NCBI GenBank assembly: GCA_051294375.1
Contig: CM119270.1
Coordinates: 15,935,649-15,999,648 of the forward strand
From: Paraspadella gotoi
Taxonomy: Eukaryota > Animalia > Chaetognatha
DNA: 64,000 nt
Direction of reading: 5' to 3'
Shown here: one piece after another, positions 33,416 to 49,656 of the stretch
How positions within the stretch are numbered: position 1 is the first letter of the stretch
Layout: the number at the start of each line of letters is the position of its first letter
Made by a program: the position numbers and the translations under genes
Notes under the pieces: generated by a model
The model's database searches: none
Told to the model about the DNA's origin: nothing
What the model saw: only the letters and a program-made list of their open reading frames with translations

Positions 33416-36214
33416 CTACATGGTCAACCCAGTAATGCCGAGCAGGCCATGCCCTCCAGAACCCGCGCTTCCGCTGGCGTTCAATCCTCTAAGCTGCTTC
33501 AAAACAGTGTCCAGGAGTTTTTTCTTATCCCGCTCGTCCTTTTTGAGGGAAGTGAAGAGATTAATCTTCTTGCGATCGGCGCTGTTCATTTTTTCTAGCA
33601 ACAAAATTGCTTTTTCGGGACTGACTCGCAGGTACTTGTTGTTCGGTTGGCCGTAATCGGCGAGATATACGGCCCAGTCCCCGGACAGTATCAAGTCCAG
33701 CAACTGACGGAGTTCCATGAAGCACATCAGCAGGGCGCCATCGCCGAAACCCGGGACGGGGTCTGAGGCGGCGAACTGCTCGCACTGTTTCACGTCGACG
33801 TTAAATTGTTGCAGGGCGCCCTCGGAAATTTGCCTGGCGTCGTCGTCGAGGAGAAAGTCCATCAACTTGGTCGCCAGGTGCTTACAGGCGGAGAGGCAGG
33901 CCGTCTGGGCCACGTTGCCCGGCAAATTGGTGAAGGACATGAACGTGGATTGAAGAAAGGCGATGAGGTCGACGAGATATCCGCTGGGATGTCCCTTGGG
34001 AAACTCCACAAGCCAATCGTAATGGGCCAGGTCGAGAAAGTCGTCCATCTTCTGATTGAGCTGATTATAGATGTGCTGCTCGGCTTCTGCCCGCGCGTCC
34101 TTGAAGGTGTTGACGCCCTGCAGGCTGGCGACGTGGACGGAGTCTTTCTCTGCGCCGGTGATGCGGCCGATGTGATCCTCGAGGTAGGAACAGGCCTGTT
34201 CCAGGTATTTGGTATTGATCGAAATTTGGATGAGTTGCAGGAGAGTCAGATTGGGCCGCTTGATGAGAGACATAAGGCACCCGGCGAGCGTACGAGTCAT
34301 CAGCATGTTCGTCGCTTTCCTCACCGTATCGTCGATCTCCGTGTGGCTGAGGTGCAAGTCTTCCAAGAATTTGAGACACTGAGCGATGAATTCCTGCACC
34401 TGTCGGTAAATGCTCGGCACGAAATTGGAGAATGGAAATCGTTTGGGGAACGAAGTCTTTTCCAGTTTCTCGTCCCGATACGGAAATATCTCTATCACCG
34501 CGTCGTACTCTTCTTGACACTCAACGTGGATGGGCGTGTAGTTGTCCTCGTCGAAGACCCTGTTGAAGATGTCCACCCAACGCTTCATGAGGATCTCGTT
34601 GTATTGATCCCTGACCTCGAGCAGCAGGTCGTAAAGCTGGCTGACGGAAAAGCCGTACCCTCTCAGCGTCAGGCTGAAGAGCATGATTAAATTCTTTAGG
34701 TCGAGAATGAGATTGGCGTCGCCGTCGACGGCGGTATAAGCGGCGTGCGTCCTTAGTGCCGCCACCACCTTGCTTAACGCCATGTCCCAGAGCTCATCGA
34801 GGTGCGCTCGGCTGACGAGGCCCTGCGTCGTACTTAGCACGGAATCCTCGACGACAAAAAAGCCGATAATCTCGTGAAAGTAGAAGCGATACCCGTCGAT
34901 AGACGAGTGCATGTTTTGCGGCGGGCCAAGGGCTAGACGCGCTTGCTTCTTGCGCTGTTTACGATAGTAATTTTCGAAGGTGTCCCTCTCTCCCAAGACG
35001 GAGTAAATGTGCAGGCACCTGTAGACGGGGGAGAAGTCAACGAGATCCTGGGCGCTCACGTCGTCCAACTCGTTTCGCTCCGAGGACGACGTAGTCGAGT
35101 CGCTGTCGGGACTCGGAAGGGCGGGGGCGGCCGTCGCTGAGACTTCGCCGGTGAAAGGGTTTGGAGGCGGCGGAGCCTTTCGCTTTTTCGGCTTTTCTCC
35201 CGCGGCAGCGCCAGAACCGCTGCCGCTGCCGGCGATGCTTCGGCGACCGACGGTCATCTTCGGAATTCCGCTGGGGGAAAGTTGGTTTTGCTCCGCGGCC
35301 TGTCTCATGGCGATTTCCCCGATTCTTCCTTGATGCTTGCGAATGTTTTCTAGAAAGTCTTTTAGGTCACTCATCGACGCGTCCTTGATGCCCCGACGCA
35401 GTTCCGGGATGGCTTCCGACATGACCTGACTGAACCGGTACTTGGACACGTGGGGCAGGTAGGTGTGCTCCAGTTGCTCCAGCGTCTTGAGCGCTGCGTA
35501 ATAGCGCTTTTGTTTCATTTGGTTTTGCAGTTTGCTGTAAGTCTCCAGCACTGGAAGACAAGTGGAGAGTGTGTCAATGGCAGAAGAGATGTTGCTTTGA
35601 ACTCGGCGGCAAGCGACCAACTCTTTACTCTTGGTCACCAACGCCTTGGCGGATTCCTGGATGTCTTCGTTTGTCTCGACGATCTGCTCCTTGAGTTTGG
35701 CCGTCTCAAGACGAACGCCGAGCAACTCGCGGATGGAATCGATGAAGCCTTGATAGTAATGGTTGCACATGGTCTCGATGTCGCGGTCGTGCTGTCGGAT
35801 GCGCCCGTCAAGTCGGTCGGCGAAGGAGTCCTTAGCCGCATTGTCGTAAACGGCTCGGATGGTCGTGCTCAAAGATCCGTCCGAGGATTCGATCTCGCGA
35901 ATGTGATGATCCAGCGCCGGATTGGGAGAGGATTCCGCGGCAGCGGCGGAGGCTGCGGTGCCGAGTACGAGGGGCATGGCGCCAGAGTCTTTCTCTCTCT
36001 TGGCACCGGAAAGCGGGGCGGCGACGGTGCCGTTAGTCTTTGGTTTGGCGGTAACGACGGAGCCAATCGGCGACGAGTCAAACACGTCGGCGTGGCCGTT
36101 TTCGACGCCGTTTTTTGTCGGCGTCGGTTTGGATGGCGCCTTTCCCTTTTTCCGCGGCGGAGCCTGGACGCGCGGCGTCGACAAATCTTGGTAAACATTA
36201 GGAACCGACGCCAT
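33416..36214 (-). CDS. EXOC6: Exocyst complex component 6 (Sec15), intronless CDS
   Basis: 932-aa ORF containing HDRDIETMCNHYYQGFIDSIRELL, KRYYAALKTLEQLEHTYLP, DFSPVYRCLHIYSVLG and YLADYGQPNNKYLRV. Confidence 0.97.
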   Translation of the reverse strand: MASVPNVYQDLSTPRVQAPPRKKGKAPSKPTPTKNGVENGHADVFDSSPIGSVVTAKPKTNGTVAAPLSGAKREKDSGAMPLVLGTAASAAAAESSPNPALDHHIREIESSDGSLSTTIRAVYDNAAKDSFADRLDGRIRQHDRDIETMCNHYYQGFIDSIRELLGVRLETAKLKEQIVETNEDIQESAKALVTKSKELVACRRVQSNISSAIDTLSTCLPVLETYSKLQNQMKQKRYYAALKTLEQLEHTYLPHVSKYRFSQVMSEAIPELRRGIKDASMSDLKDFLENIRKHQGRIGEIAMRQAAEQNQLSPSGIPKMTVGRRSIAGSGSGSGAAAGEKPKKRKAPPPPNPFTGEVSATAAPALPSPDSDSTTSSSERNELDDVSAQDLVDFSPVYRCLHIYSVLGERDTFENYYRKQRKKQARLALGPPQNMHSSIDGYRFYFHEIIGFFVVEDSVLSTTQGLVSRAHLDELWDMALSKVVAALRTHAAYTAVDGDANLILDLKNLIMLFSLTLRGYGFSVSQLYDLLLEVRDQYNEILMKRWVDIFNRVFDEDNYTPIHVECQEEYDAVIEIFPYRDEKLEKTSFPKRFPFSNFVPSIYRQVQEFIAQCLKFLEDLHLSHTEIDDTVRKATNMLMTRTLAGCLMSLIKRPNLTLLQLIQISINTKYLEQACSYLEDHIGRITGAEKDSVHVASLQGVNTFKDARAEAEQHIYNQLNQKMDDFLDLAHYDWLVEFPKGHPSGYLVDLIAFLQSTFMSFTNLPGNVAQTACLSACKHLATKLMDFLLDDDARQISEGALQQFNVDVKQCEQFAASDPVPGFGDGALLMCFMELRQLLDLILSGDWAVYLADYGQPNNKYLRVSPEKAILLLEKMNSADRKKINLFTSLKKDERDKKKLLDTVLKQLRGLNASGSAGSGGHGLLGITGLTM

Positions 36215-36690
36215 TTTTGTTTATAATATCGCGGAAGGTTATCGCCGCATCGTTATTGCTTTTTAATGAGGCATATCTGGGATCGAAATTATCGAAGTAA
36301 AACGATTGTTTTCGTATATTTTTTATTTGATAATAAATTATGTAACAAAATCTTTATAAATATTGCACCACAGATAAGTTTTTACAAGAAAATTTTCATT
36401 AGTGGCACAAATGTGTATTACAGTAAATCGGTATTTTTTTCAAACTTTTGTTTCGAAAATAAAATTCATTCAGATTCGATCAGAATAACGATATACGATA
36501 TATAAAGAAACAAATATTCAAACAATGCCAAATATAACAAGCTACCATCAGCAAAAGAGCGGTCTTCCGCCGATGCGACTACAAATGATAACGGTCGTGC
36601 CTGCACAACAAAATAAATTAAATCAACGAATAAAAATAAAATTCAATGGAAATAAAAGTATACGGAGCGACCAACGAGGCGAAGATTCTT

Positions 36691-37183
36691 TCAAGAGCGC
36701 GATCGATTCTTCCTCGCGGACGCGACGAGGGCGAAGAAAAGGTCACCGGTGAAGGCCAAGAGGATTATCCACAAGGGGATCATGACGAACATAAGTTTGG
36801 GCTCGCCCGTTTGGAGTTTAATGCAGAGCAGGACGAAAAAAGTTGCGAGGAGTAGGTACACTACCAGGAGCCAACAACGCCGCTTTAAACCCGAATAGCC
36901 CTGGGGGGGGGAAAAACATAAGTTAGAAACTTCTAATTAGAAGAAGTAGAAAAATAAAAGAAAAGGAGTCCACGGAACTGACTTGTCGATCAGGACGGCA
37001 CTTTACCATCTGGATTATTTTGAAGACGACGAAGAGGAAGACGACGACGAGGTGAACAAAAACCGGGATGAAGGCGAAGATCCAACTCCATTGCGAATGG
37101 TTGTCAACTTTGTAAGCGACGATTCCGACGAAAACCAACAACAACAAGTAGGAGAACAAAGCTCGATGTGCGATCGCTGCCAT
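36691..37183 (-). CDS. TMEM60: TMEM60-like small membrane protein (exons 37183-36983 and 36900-36691; 136 aa)
   Basis: MAAIAHRALFSYLLLLVFVGIVAYKVD..WSWIFAFIPVF in exon 1. Exon 2 has LKRRCW..FFVLLCIKLQ..FVMIPLWIIL. Four hydrophobic segments. Confidence 0.8.
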
Positions 37184-37770
37184 AACACGAGTCTCAATTT
37201 ATTTTTGTTTATGTTATCGATTAGCGAGTCCACCGCTGAGCGAAACCAAAATAAATTAAGTTACACAATGACAATTCGAAACGAAATAATAAAAATCACG
37301 TTTAAAAAACATTTTCCTCGAGGGGAAAAAAGCGGTAAAAACGAATGAGTTTTTTTAAAAGCTGTATATTGCTGCTTTGAGGGGAGATAAAAACGATGAG
37401 GCGAATAATTCTATCTAACGACCAAATAAATAAAAAATTCGTGTTTGTGAGAAGATTAATCAACGATTGAAATATCGACGAATGTACGTAATGACGTAAT
37501 ACTTAACTCAACGTGAAGAGCAGATAAAAATCCATTCATGGAAGAGATTCCCCCCCCCCCCCCGTTATATTTTCAACCTGCATTCCATCCTATTCTACCC
37601 CATCATCATGATGCAAAATAATGGGTTGAAATAAAAAATAATTTTGTTTTTGCACGTTTAAAACGAAGTGAGAATTGATACGTGAGAGGAGTTTCCCTAT
37701 CTCTTTCATCCCCGACCGAATGAGGTATAGAGAGAGAAAAATAGTAGATTGCAAGTTTTTCGTGGACTTC

Positions 37771-40982
<3,212 letters not shown>

Positions 40983-42761
40983 ATTTTCACGGAACCTACA
41001 AACTCTGAAAGGGTTAAGTTAAATGAAAATAGGGTGGTGTGAAGGAAAAAGAAAAAGGAAAAAAAAAGAAGAACGGATAATTAAAAAAACGAATTGACAA
41101 TTACATTGCTTCACTAACTAATGAAGTAAACTTTAAAAGGGGAATACCAGTGAACGGAACTCGAGTGCAAACAAGTTTTTTTTCCGAAATACTGTTCGAT
41201 TCATCGCTGGCATTTCTCTCGTACGAAATAATAAACGCAACGATTCCGATTTAACTCAACCTTGACAGCGAAAAGTATCAAAGCAATCGAAATCAGCAGT
41301 CCAGCATTCTCTCACCGAATGATTAGGTAATGATCTCTTTTTTCCGTACAGAAGAATCACATAACTATTGCATAATCTCGTAACCCGGGACTTTTTTTTT
41401 TATAAACACTACTGACCGGCGATTTTTGCATCAACGTCCGAATCATGGAGACCCCAGAGTGAAACGAGGGACTCTAACGACGTCGCGGGGAAATACAATC
41501 GGAATTTCATCCTTTCTTTTTAATGGTAAATCTCAAAAAGAGGGGAAATGGGATAAAGAAAAAAGAGAAAAAAGAAAAATGTGGTTCGATTAGATTGTAT
41601 AAAAAAACGAAAAAATAATCGCTAGGCGTTGGAGGATATTATTGACCGAATTGAAAATCAGAGACATATAACTGTGTAATCAAACTAAATTTAAGACCGA
41701 TTTATTTTGATTATTGGAACACTTGACAAGATAGCTCAATTGTGAACTATAGCCATCCACCAACAGCTAGAGAAAATAATCCCCTTGCTTGATTTTAAAA
41801 CCGAATTTTTTATTAGGTAGACAAATATACCTACTTGAAATCTTTGAATTCTGTGAAATCTGTACCTGAAATATGAAATAAAAAAAAAATTCCCGTCTTG
41901 TGAAAAAAAATGAGAGAAAATATTTGCTGCGATCGTGAATAAAAAACAAGAGAATCAAATAAGACCTGAAAAAAAGAAAATCTGTTTTCGCGAAATACAA
42001 GCAGATATCCCATAATTGGAACTTAAGCAAATTCACGACAAATATTTAGAATTAACACGAGTCAAATTAACTGCTTGTATTGAAAATAGTTTTATTCATT
42101 TTTCCATTATTTATTATTTTCGCTTGTTTGGATTTAATTTTAATATGAATTAATTATTTACTAAATTTATTTATACATAAAATATTTACGTACCGGTTAC
42201 AAATACTATGTCTGAAAATTTTTAAACTTCTTAAATAATATATTTTTAAATTATAAAAAAATCATTATACATTGTATATCTATTGCAACGCATTTTAAAA
42301 TATAACAACCCCTTGAATAATAAAATAAATAATAACAGGAAAGGTTTCAAATAGTGTAGAAAAATAATAAGATACTAACAAGGGACTACTATTTGGAATT
42401 TTATTCCGTTATGAATCAATAGTATTCAAGCGTCACCATTTTCGTTAAATCCCTTGCCAAACAATTCAGTAAGTAGCGTTACTTTTCTACATTATTTCGA
42501 CGACCATACCAAAAATTATAAGCAAATGAAGTTAGACAAATTTAGAAATGTAAACTCCAGAATAATAGCCAACGCGCACCAAAGAAAAAAGAAAGACTAG
42601 AAAAGGGTGAAGTGAAGAATGTGTTCGTACTGAACGGAAAAATGGCGAGCGAAAGCTTGAGGGGCAAGGGAGAAGAAAGATTGTTTGGGATTTAAACAAA
42701 TCACAGATGCTTGGCTTGTACGTTTATTTCGGCTAGTGGCTGTTGGACTCGATCCCTCTCC

Positions 42762-45700
42762 TCAGTAGTCACTTGGAGCCACGGGCTTTGGTTTCAGTTT
42801 TAATGTGAAATTCTCGCGAAAGAAGATGGAGCGATCGTCGGCGTCTCCGGTCGGCGCGACGCGTCTCAGTTCATCGAAAGGATTGGCGCCACCTTCCGAC
42901 GACGGAAACTGATGTCTAGTTCTAAAGATCCTTTTCCAAGCGCGAAGGCCGTCCAACTGAGCGGCGTCTAAGTGACCAGATCTTGCGGCGGCGGCTTCAG
43001 TTTCCATTTTGTTATCCGCCGAAGCTCCGTCCGTTCTCTTTGGCTCTGGGGGATGCGGATTAAACGGCGGACACCACGAGAAAAAGTTGCTAACTCTCCG
43101 CGATCGACCTGGCTTTCTCTCATTAGCCTTGCTGTCCTCTGTCGCGTCGGCGGCGTCGCTGGCGATGCAGCAACGATAGCACTTGAACGATCCCCATTCG
43201 GCTGAGGGACCGGATTCTCCGCCCGCGGCCGCGAGAGCGTTCGTCGAATAGGCGTGGCCACATTGGAAGACAACGACGCTGTCCTCTTCCGCCACGGATG
43301 CCAAAAGCCGGCCGCTTAAGGAGCAGAAATTGTCGCGGGGCGACAGGGCCTTGCCCGAGACTGCCGCCAATCGGCCGAGTTGATCGTTCAAATCGCCGAT
43401 GAGAACGCTGCGAGTTTTTGTGAGGAGCACCTGTCGACGGAAGGGATTAACTTAATCAAAACGAATCTCTTTCATTGGTAAATGTATTAATTAGAAAATT
43501 TTTAAAAAAATCAAAAAGATACAAACCTTCTCGTAGTCAAAGGTCTCCAGCATCGAGACCAGAAGACGCTTGACGTCGACGGTTCCGGGAGCGAATGCCG
43601 CGGAATCGTCGAGGATTTTGGAGAGTACCGACGCCGGTGAGACGAAGGACGTCATTGCGTTGAGGGCGTGGCAGGTCAGCGATGCGAGAGTCTCTTCGAA
43701 AAGAGCGCCGCCACCGTCCTCTCTCTTGTGCGAGTTCCCTCTCGCTCTCATCAGCGTCTCTAACAGTGGAAACCAGAGCGCCTCTCGCTGCGCGGCGTCG
43801 CTCATCGACGGCGAGTGGCGCCGCGAAAACTCGACGACGGAGAGAACGCGAGATTCGGCGGCGGCAACGGAGGCGCCGGTCGCCTCCGTCGCGGCGCGCT
43901 TGAGTTGCGCCGCGGCGTCGTCGCGGTGAAGGGCGAAGGCATCGGCTATGCGACCTGACCTTTCCAACAGAAACGCGGCGGCGTCGAGACGCCTGAGGCG
44001 CCGACAAATCTCCAAGGCCGTCTTTTCGCAGAAAGGCTCTGAGGTGGACTTAAGAAAGTCGACGATGCGCTCGGGCTCTATCTCGCACATGAGTTCCAAA
44101 AAACAGCGGAAGATCTCCGAGGGAAACTCGGCGGCCGCGGGGACGACGCCGGCGTCGTCGGAGTCGCCGCCGACTCCTCTGGCTTCGTGCAAGGCGGACT
44201 CACGGGCCTGAAAATATCCGTCGAGAAAAGCGAAGAGGTCGGGCGGGGAATCTTGCAGCGCCACGACCACGCGATCCACGGCGTCGGGGGGGAAGGAGTT
44301 CATCAGCAGTCGAGCGGTTCGTCGCCCGTCGATGGCGATTAGAGTCGTTACGTGATCCAATGCCTCTTCGCGAATGGAAGTCTTTTCTTCTTCGGTGTAA
44401 CTAGGCGACGAAAGAACCTGGAAAATGAAAATAAGTCATTTACATTTTAGATTTACTAGATTCCTTCTTGCCTTATTAAGCCTAAAAAATTCAGTGTGCA
44501 GTGTGCACACATCTTTCTTCATTTAACCTGCTCCGCGTAAAGAATCGTGCGGTTCCGCCCGTGGTCGTCGTTCCAATAGAGGGCGAGGATTTTGTGGAAC
44601 TGGCGCTTCCTTTCGTAGATGAGTTCGCAGACTTGATGGAACTCGGCCGCCTCGGCCATTTCCAGAAGGGCGTCCTCGTCGATCATGGAGAAGCCGGAAA
44701 CGTGAAGCAACTCCAATACGGCCTCTTGACGCTCGCCGATGCGTTCGAGGGCTGAAGCGGCGTCGTCGTCGTCGTCGTCTGCAGAAGGTAGTACGAGAAT
44801 ATAGGTAACAACTTGATACCCCGAGGGCCAAATTCACTGACACGAAGTAAAAATTAATGATAAATCCTTCATAAAAATATTAAAATATTAAAATAGAAAA
44901 TAGTGAAACAAATAATTTGCAAATTTTCATAAGGTTTATCTCGAAGCAGTAAACTACGGCAATGATTTCTTCGTGTCACTTGATTTGGCTCATGGGGTAT
45001 GTAGAAAAGAACAGGGTAAAATAGTGAAAAAAAAGAAAGGTTTATTAAATGAAAAGTTCAAAATGGTCGAGAAAGAAATATAATAAAAACCCTTCTTTCG
45101 ACTGACCTTCTCCGGGCGCCGCGCATAAAAACTCGAAGACCTGACCGAACAAAGTTGGTGGGACATCGATGGCTTCCTCACCATGTTTGGCCATCTGCCT
45201 GGCAAGAAAGGTAAAAAGCAAGCCGATCTGTCCCGGCGAGAACCCCACGCTGTCCACCATAACGGCGAGAAGAATGTCGACGACGGCCTGGCGCCGCGCC
45301 CGCGTGAACTCTGGTTCCTCGAAGGCGAAGGTTAGGACGTTGAGGAATTCCCGAGTGTCGAAAGTGAGGAAGGTGCGGATAAAAGGGTAAGCGTCCTCGT
45401 CATCGTCTGCGGTGCCAACGGGGCCGCCGCGAACCGGCGCCTTTCGCCGGCGACGTTTGGACACGAGGAACTGATAAATCTCTTTCTTAACCCCGGCGAT
45501 GGAGGCTTCCGGGATCTCGCCCATGGGGTAAGCGCGGCCGGCGAGACAGCAGGAGACATAGACCAAGAGTTTGTTGCCCAAAAGGATCGTCCGTTCGTCG
45601 ACAGCAGTTTCGGAGGCCATGGAGGACTCGAGAGTGGAAAGGAGCTCCTCCAGCGGCGAAGCAAAGTCGTTCATCCCGCTGTTGTAGATGTAGAAGATGG

Positions 45701-48437
45701 CGTCGTAGAGGCCATGGGAAGAACAAACAGTGATCACCTGATGCACGTCGAGTGAGGAGACCTCGACATGCGGCACGCAGGTCTCGATGTTGGAGATCAT
45801 CCCGCGAGTCTCGTAATGCTCGATCAGGTCCTTCATGACAGCGGGGCTTATGTCGCGGAGGCGGTCGTTGAGGATGTAAGGTTCCAGCACCTGAGTGAGA
45901 TATGGTTTTGGTGGGATCGAGAGAATGAGGGACAGGGGACGGGCTAACGACTTGCCTCTAAAAAGACGCCCTTGGCGACACTATCGGGACTAACGCGTTC
46001 GTACATCTCTTCGAAAAGAAAGTCCCGCCTCTCAATCTCGATAGCGTGCTCGACAATTATGGGAATGGCGTTTTGATAGTGATCCACAAGCATGTCGATG
46101 CTACCACGAGCTGGACAGAGAATGGTCAACGTCATCTCCAAGAAAGTATGCAGCAAATCTGTTAAAAAACAAATTTTAGGAATTAAAGCTTAATTTGGAA
46201 ATTGCACAAATAACCACAGAGCAACTACCAGGTTGAAAAGGGAAAACAAAACAAACTCTCTCTCACCCACGATCTTGTCGGCGACCAGCGCCTGCTTGTG
46301 CCGCGTCGACCCTGCCAGCCCTACAACCGCTCGCGCTTCGTTCCTGTAAAAGGAAAGAGCGAGCGAGAAGGCCTCCTCCCACATTCGTTGCTTGACCAGG
46401 TTGTCGATCCTCTCCACCCAATTGCGCAGCGTAAAGACGGAGACACCGCCGGCGCCGAGGACGACGAGTTGACCGTCAAAGGCCTCGATGGAATTGTAGC
46501 AGGCCTTGTCGGCGGCGTGGGCCAGGGCGCGGCTGACGTTGCCTCCGGTAGCGATAGACTTAAAGGCGCTACTTCCGTAGACAAGTTGAGCGTCGGAGGC
46601 GTCGACCGCCTCCAGCTCTTCTTCGCTCTTGGCATCAATGACCCGGAGTCGCTCGTGGACGTCGGTGAGGGCAAGAGTGCGAGAGTTGAACCAGTGGAGT
46701 CCGATGAGTCGGTAAGAGAGCGAAATAGTTTGTAGGAGGCTGAACTTCAGTTCGGACGAAGCCGCAGCACCGCCGCCGCCTCCGGACGGGGAGGACACCG
46801 CCTGGACGAGATAGACGGTACTTTCTTTGGCAAAGGCCAAGACTGGCTCCGGCGCCTTTCGATCCCTGGCCGTTTGGATAAGCACCATTTGCCAGGAGAG
46901 AAGCGGGAGAAAGGCCGCTTCGCCCTGAAGGGGGTGCGAATAAACGACAGCTAGTTTGGGTCGGGCGGTCACGACGAAGACCTTGTTGAGTTTTGCCATC
47001 GCCAACAAGACGGTGTTGCGGAGTGGGTGTTGGCGGAGTTGGGTCGATTGGCCCGCCAGAGAGGTCGGCGAGGACATGCGCAGCGGCGCGATGACCACCC
47101 ATTCGCCCCTGGAGCCCGAGAAGAGGCAGCGAGAGTCGGCCGTTCGCTTGGTCAAGGCGTTTCGTTTGAACTCCACTTCGAAGACAGAACCGCCGCTGTC
47201 GCAGAACACGGCGTATGTGGGGTCATTGCTAAACCGTACGTGTAGCACGGCAGTTCCTGAGAGGAAATGGAGAGAAAAGAATATGTAAGGGCTATCACAA
47301 AATACAATCCGACTAGTAATTACAAAATCGAAACACTTTAGTATGTATTATTAATAATATGTATAGTATAGTATGTATAAAACATTATCTCGTTACTAAT
47401 ATCAAACCACCTGCCGGGTGCGCGTCCGTTATCGTCCTGAGAAGTTTTCCCTGCGTTGAATCCCACATGAGGATCTGTCCCTTCGCAAAGCCGACGAGAA
47501 GGCGGTTAGCAGCGTCGTTGAAATCCATCGCCGTGACGCCGCCGAAAGCATCGGCCGCGGCGGCGCCAAGCACGTTTCGGTGGTTTAAGACAAGCTTGAG
47601 TACTTGCTTGGTATCAAAGACTAGCGTCAATCCACTTGAAGTCCCTATAAAAGATTGTCTTGAAGTAAAGACTCGGAAAGATGAAAAAAGATCAAATTTC
47701 TTTTCGCCACAACCCCTTGATTCGTACCGATGGCCAAAAGACGACTCAAGGCCACGGCGGTCGGAAGTCCCGCTTTGGCCCGTTCGCAAGCGGAGGCCAA
47801 CTGGGCGCTAACTCCCTTCATCGGCGTCTTCCGCAACACGGCGCCGTGGACTTTTTTCCGATCGGCGAGGGCGCGTTTTCGTCGCCAAACCCAGTCGGCT
47901 CCGCCGGTCAAAATGTCCTCCTGACTGCTGGTCGTCACGGAGGTAGTGTCGCTGTGGGCACCGGGAGCTCCGTCCCATCGCGCCGGAGCGACGCCGAAGA
48001 GACTTCCGTTTTGATCTCCGGTCACGGTAGAGACGTCGTCGGCTGAAAAAAGTTTAGATGATTAATGTCAAATTTATTTATTAAAACTCCACTAAACTTC
48101 TTGTATTTTTCTTCAGCTTTTTTTTCTCCCCTTAAAACTAACCGAACTCGAAAGCCTCAACTTCCTCGTTTTTCAGCTCGTCGAGAATGCTCTGCAAAGT
48201 TGGCGTGGCAACGGGCGGCAGATCGAATTCGTTTTCGTCCAATGTTTCAAGGTCAAAGTCAGTAACGTCGTGGGCGGCGCCGTTTGAAACCGGCGTCGTG
48301 GAGGCGGAGGGCGTTTTCTCCCGAAACGGCGACCCACCCTCGGGAGTAGTGGAGGCGGAGGAGGAAACGGACGGGACGTCTTCGTCGACTCCCGCCGCCC
48401 CCGAGCGCGTCGTCGTCCTCGCCGCCGCCTCCTCCAT
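42762..48437 (-). CDS. VPS8: Vacuolar protein sorting 8 (CORVET subunit), multi-exon
   Basis: PTLQSILDE, AGLPTAVA..LAIGT, CDSGGSVF..SRCLFSGSRGE, LEPYILND..VMKDLIEHY, FDTREFLNVL, EALWFPLLE and a RING-like FQCGHAY..CYRC. Confidence 0.93.
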
Positions 48438-49656
48438 CACCTCAGCAGGCACAGCAGCATTTGGCCGAGTTCATGAGGGGGCGAGGGTGGAATAAAGATG
48501 GCGCCACGAGTTCTTTCTCTCGTCCTTTTCACCGACTCGTCGCAATTAAAGGAGAGAAATCCTTTTTTCATAAATAGATCTGGTCGATTAACAGCGCCAG
48601 GAAATGGGAATATAATAAAGAGATATGATGATCGAAGAAAATATACTCGAACGAGAAACAAAATAAAACGAATAGAAAATAAAGTTGTACATTCGAATCC
48701 ACCCCCGGGGGAGGATGAAAAAAAAAGTGTCGCGTGTTAGCAGAGGCTTTAGTTTTATTTCTCGTGGTGCAACAGGAGTCCAAGTTGTTTGTATTTTCAG
48801 TTATCGTTTATGTTGGTCGAGAGAGAGAGAGTGAATTTGGTTAAGGATTGGGGGAGGGAAATAAAGGGCGCTTATGGCGGAGGCAGAACTTCACTCCTAC
48901 TTTTGGGACACTTTTTTTGTTAAATTAACGATTTAAAGTATCAAGTAACAAAATATATCAAGTTAATAAAAACTAATTTATCGACATCGTACAAGAGATT
49001 GTCTCAAAGCTCTGTGAAGCGGTCTGACTGAATTATTAGTACGTATTTTTCTCTTTTGGTTCAAACTCCAACAATTTCATAATAAATTAATTTATAAATA
49101 CATTGGAGGATTTGTTAAACACCCCGATACATTTTCTAAATACATCCTCTCATTTAACTTTGACCTATACAATAATAGGACCGTTATAAGAAAAAGATCT
49201 AACCAAATATTTTTGTAAAGGTTCAAGCGTCACAATTGACTAACTTTGACGCAGCACACGATGGTCGAGCGACCGGTTTCGTCGAGGGCGCTTCCGCTAA
49301 TATGAATCGACGAACGACTAGTTTATCACGAAAGGAGAAACTAAGTACGCATGAAATTCGGATCCGGAGAGTTTCTAAAATCTTGGAAGCGTCGGGACCC
49401 CGAAATTTATTGACAGCTGAACAAATGTTTCGAGTAGCCGAGTAGTCATGACGGAGATGATCTGAACAACTTCGCAGTTCAGAGACGACAAAAATGATAA
49501 CGACAACTAACAGTATAATACAACTACTGTCATAAATAGATCAGTTTGAAAATTTTTTTATTTATGCACTTTATCTCTCGGCAAGAAACATTTTTTGCAG
49601 TTCGCAGATTCGAGGCCATATTTATCAATCTTGCACATTTCCCCCCCCCCCATTTA

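Noticed and set aside
43046-43094. Possible 49-nt GT-AG intron in the last VPS8 exon
   Set aside because: Splicing would shift the frame and lose the VPS8-like C-terminus SIFFRENFTLKLKP, and the unspliced frame is open.
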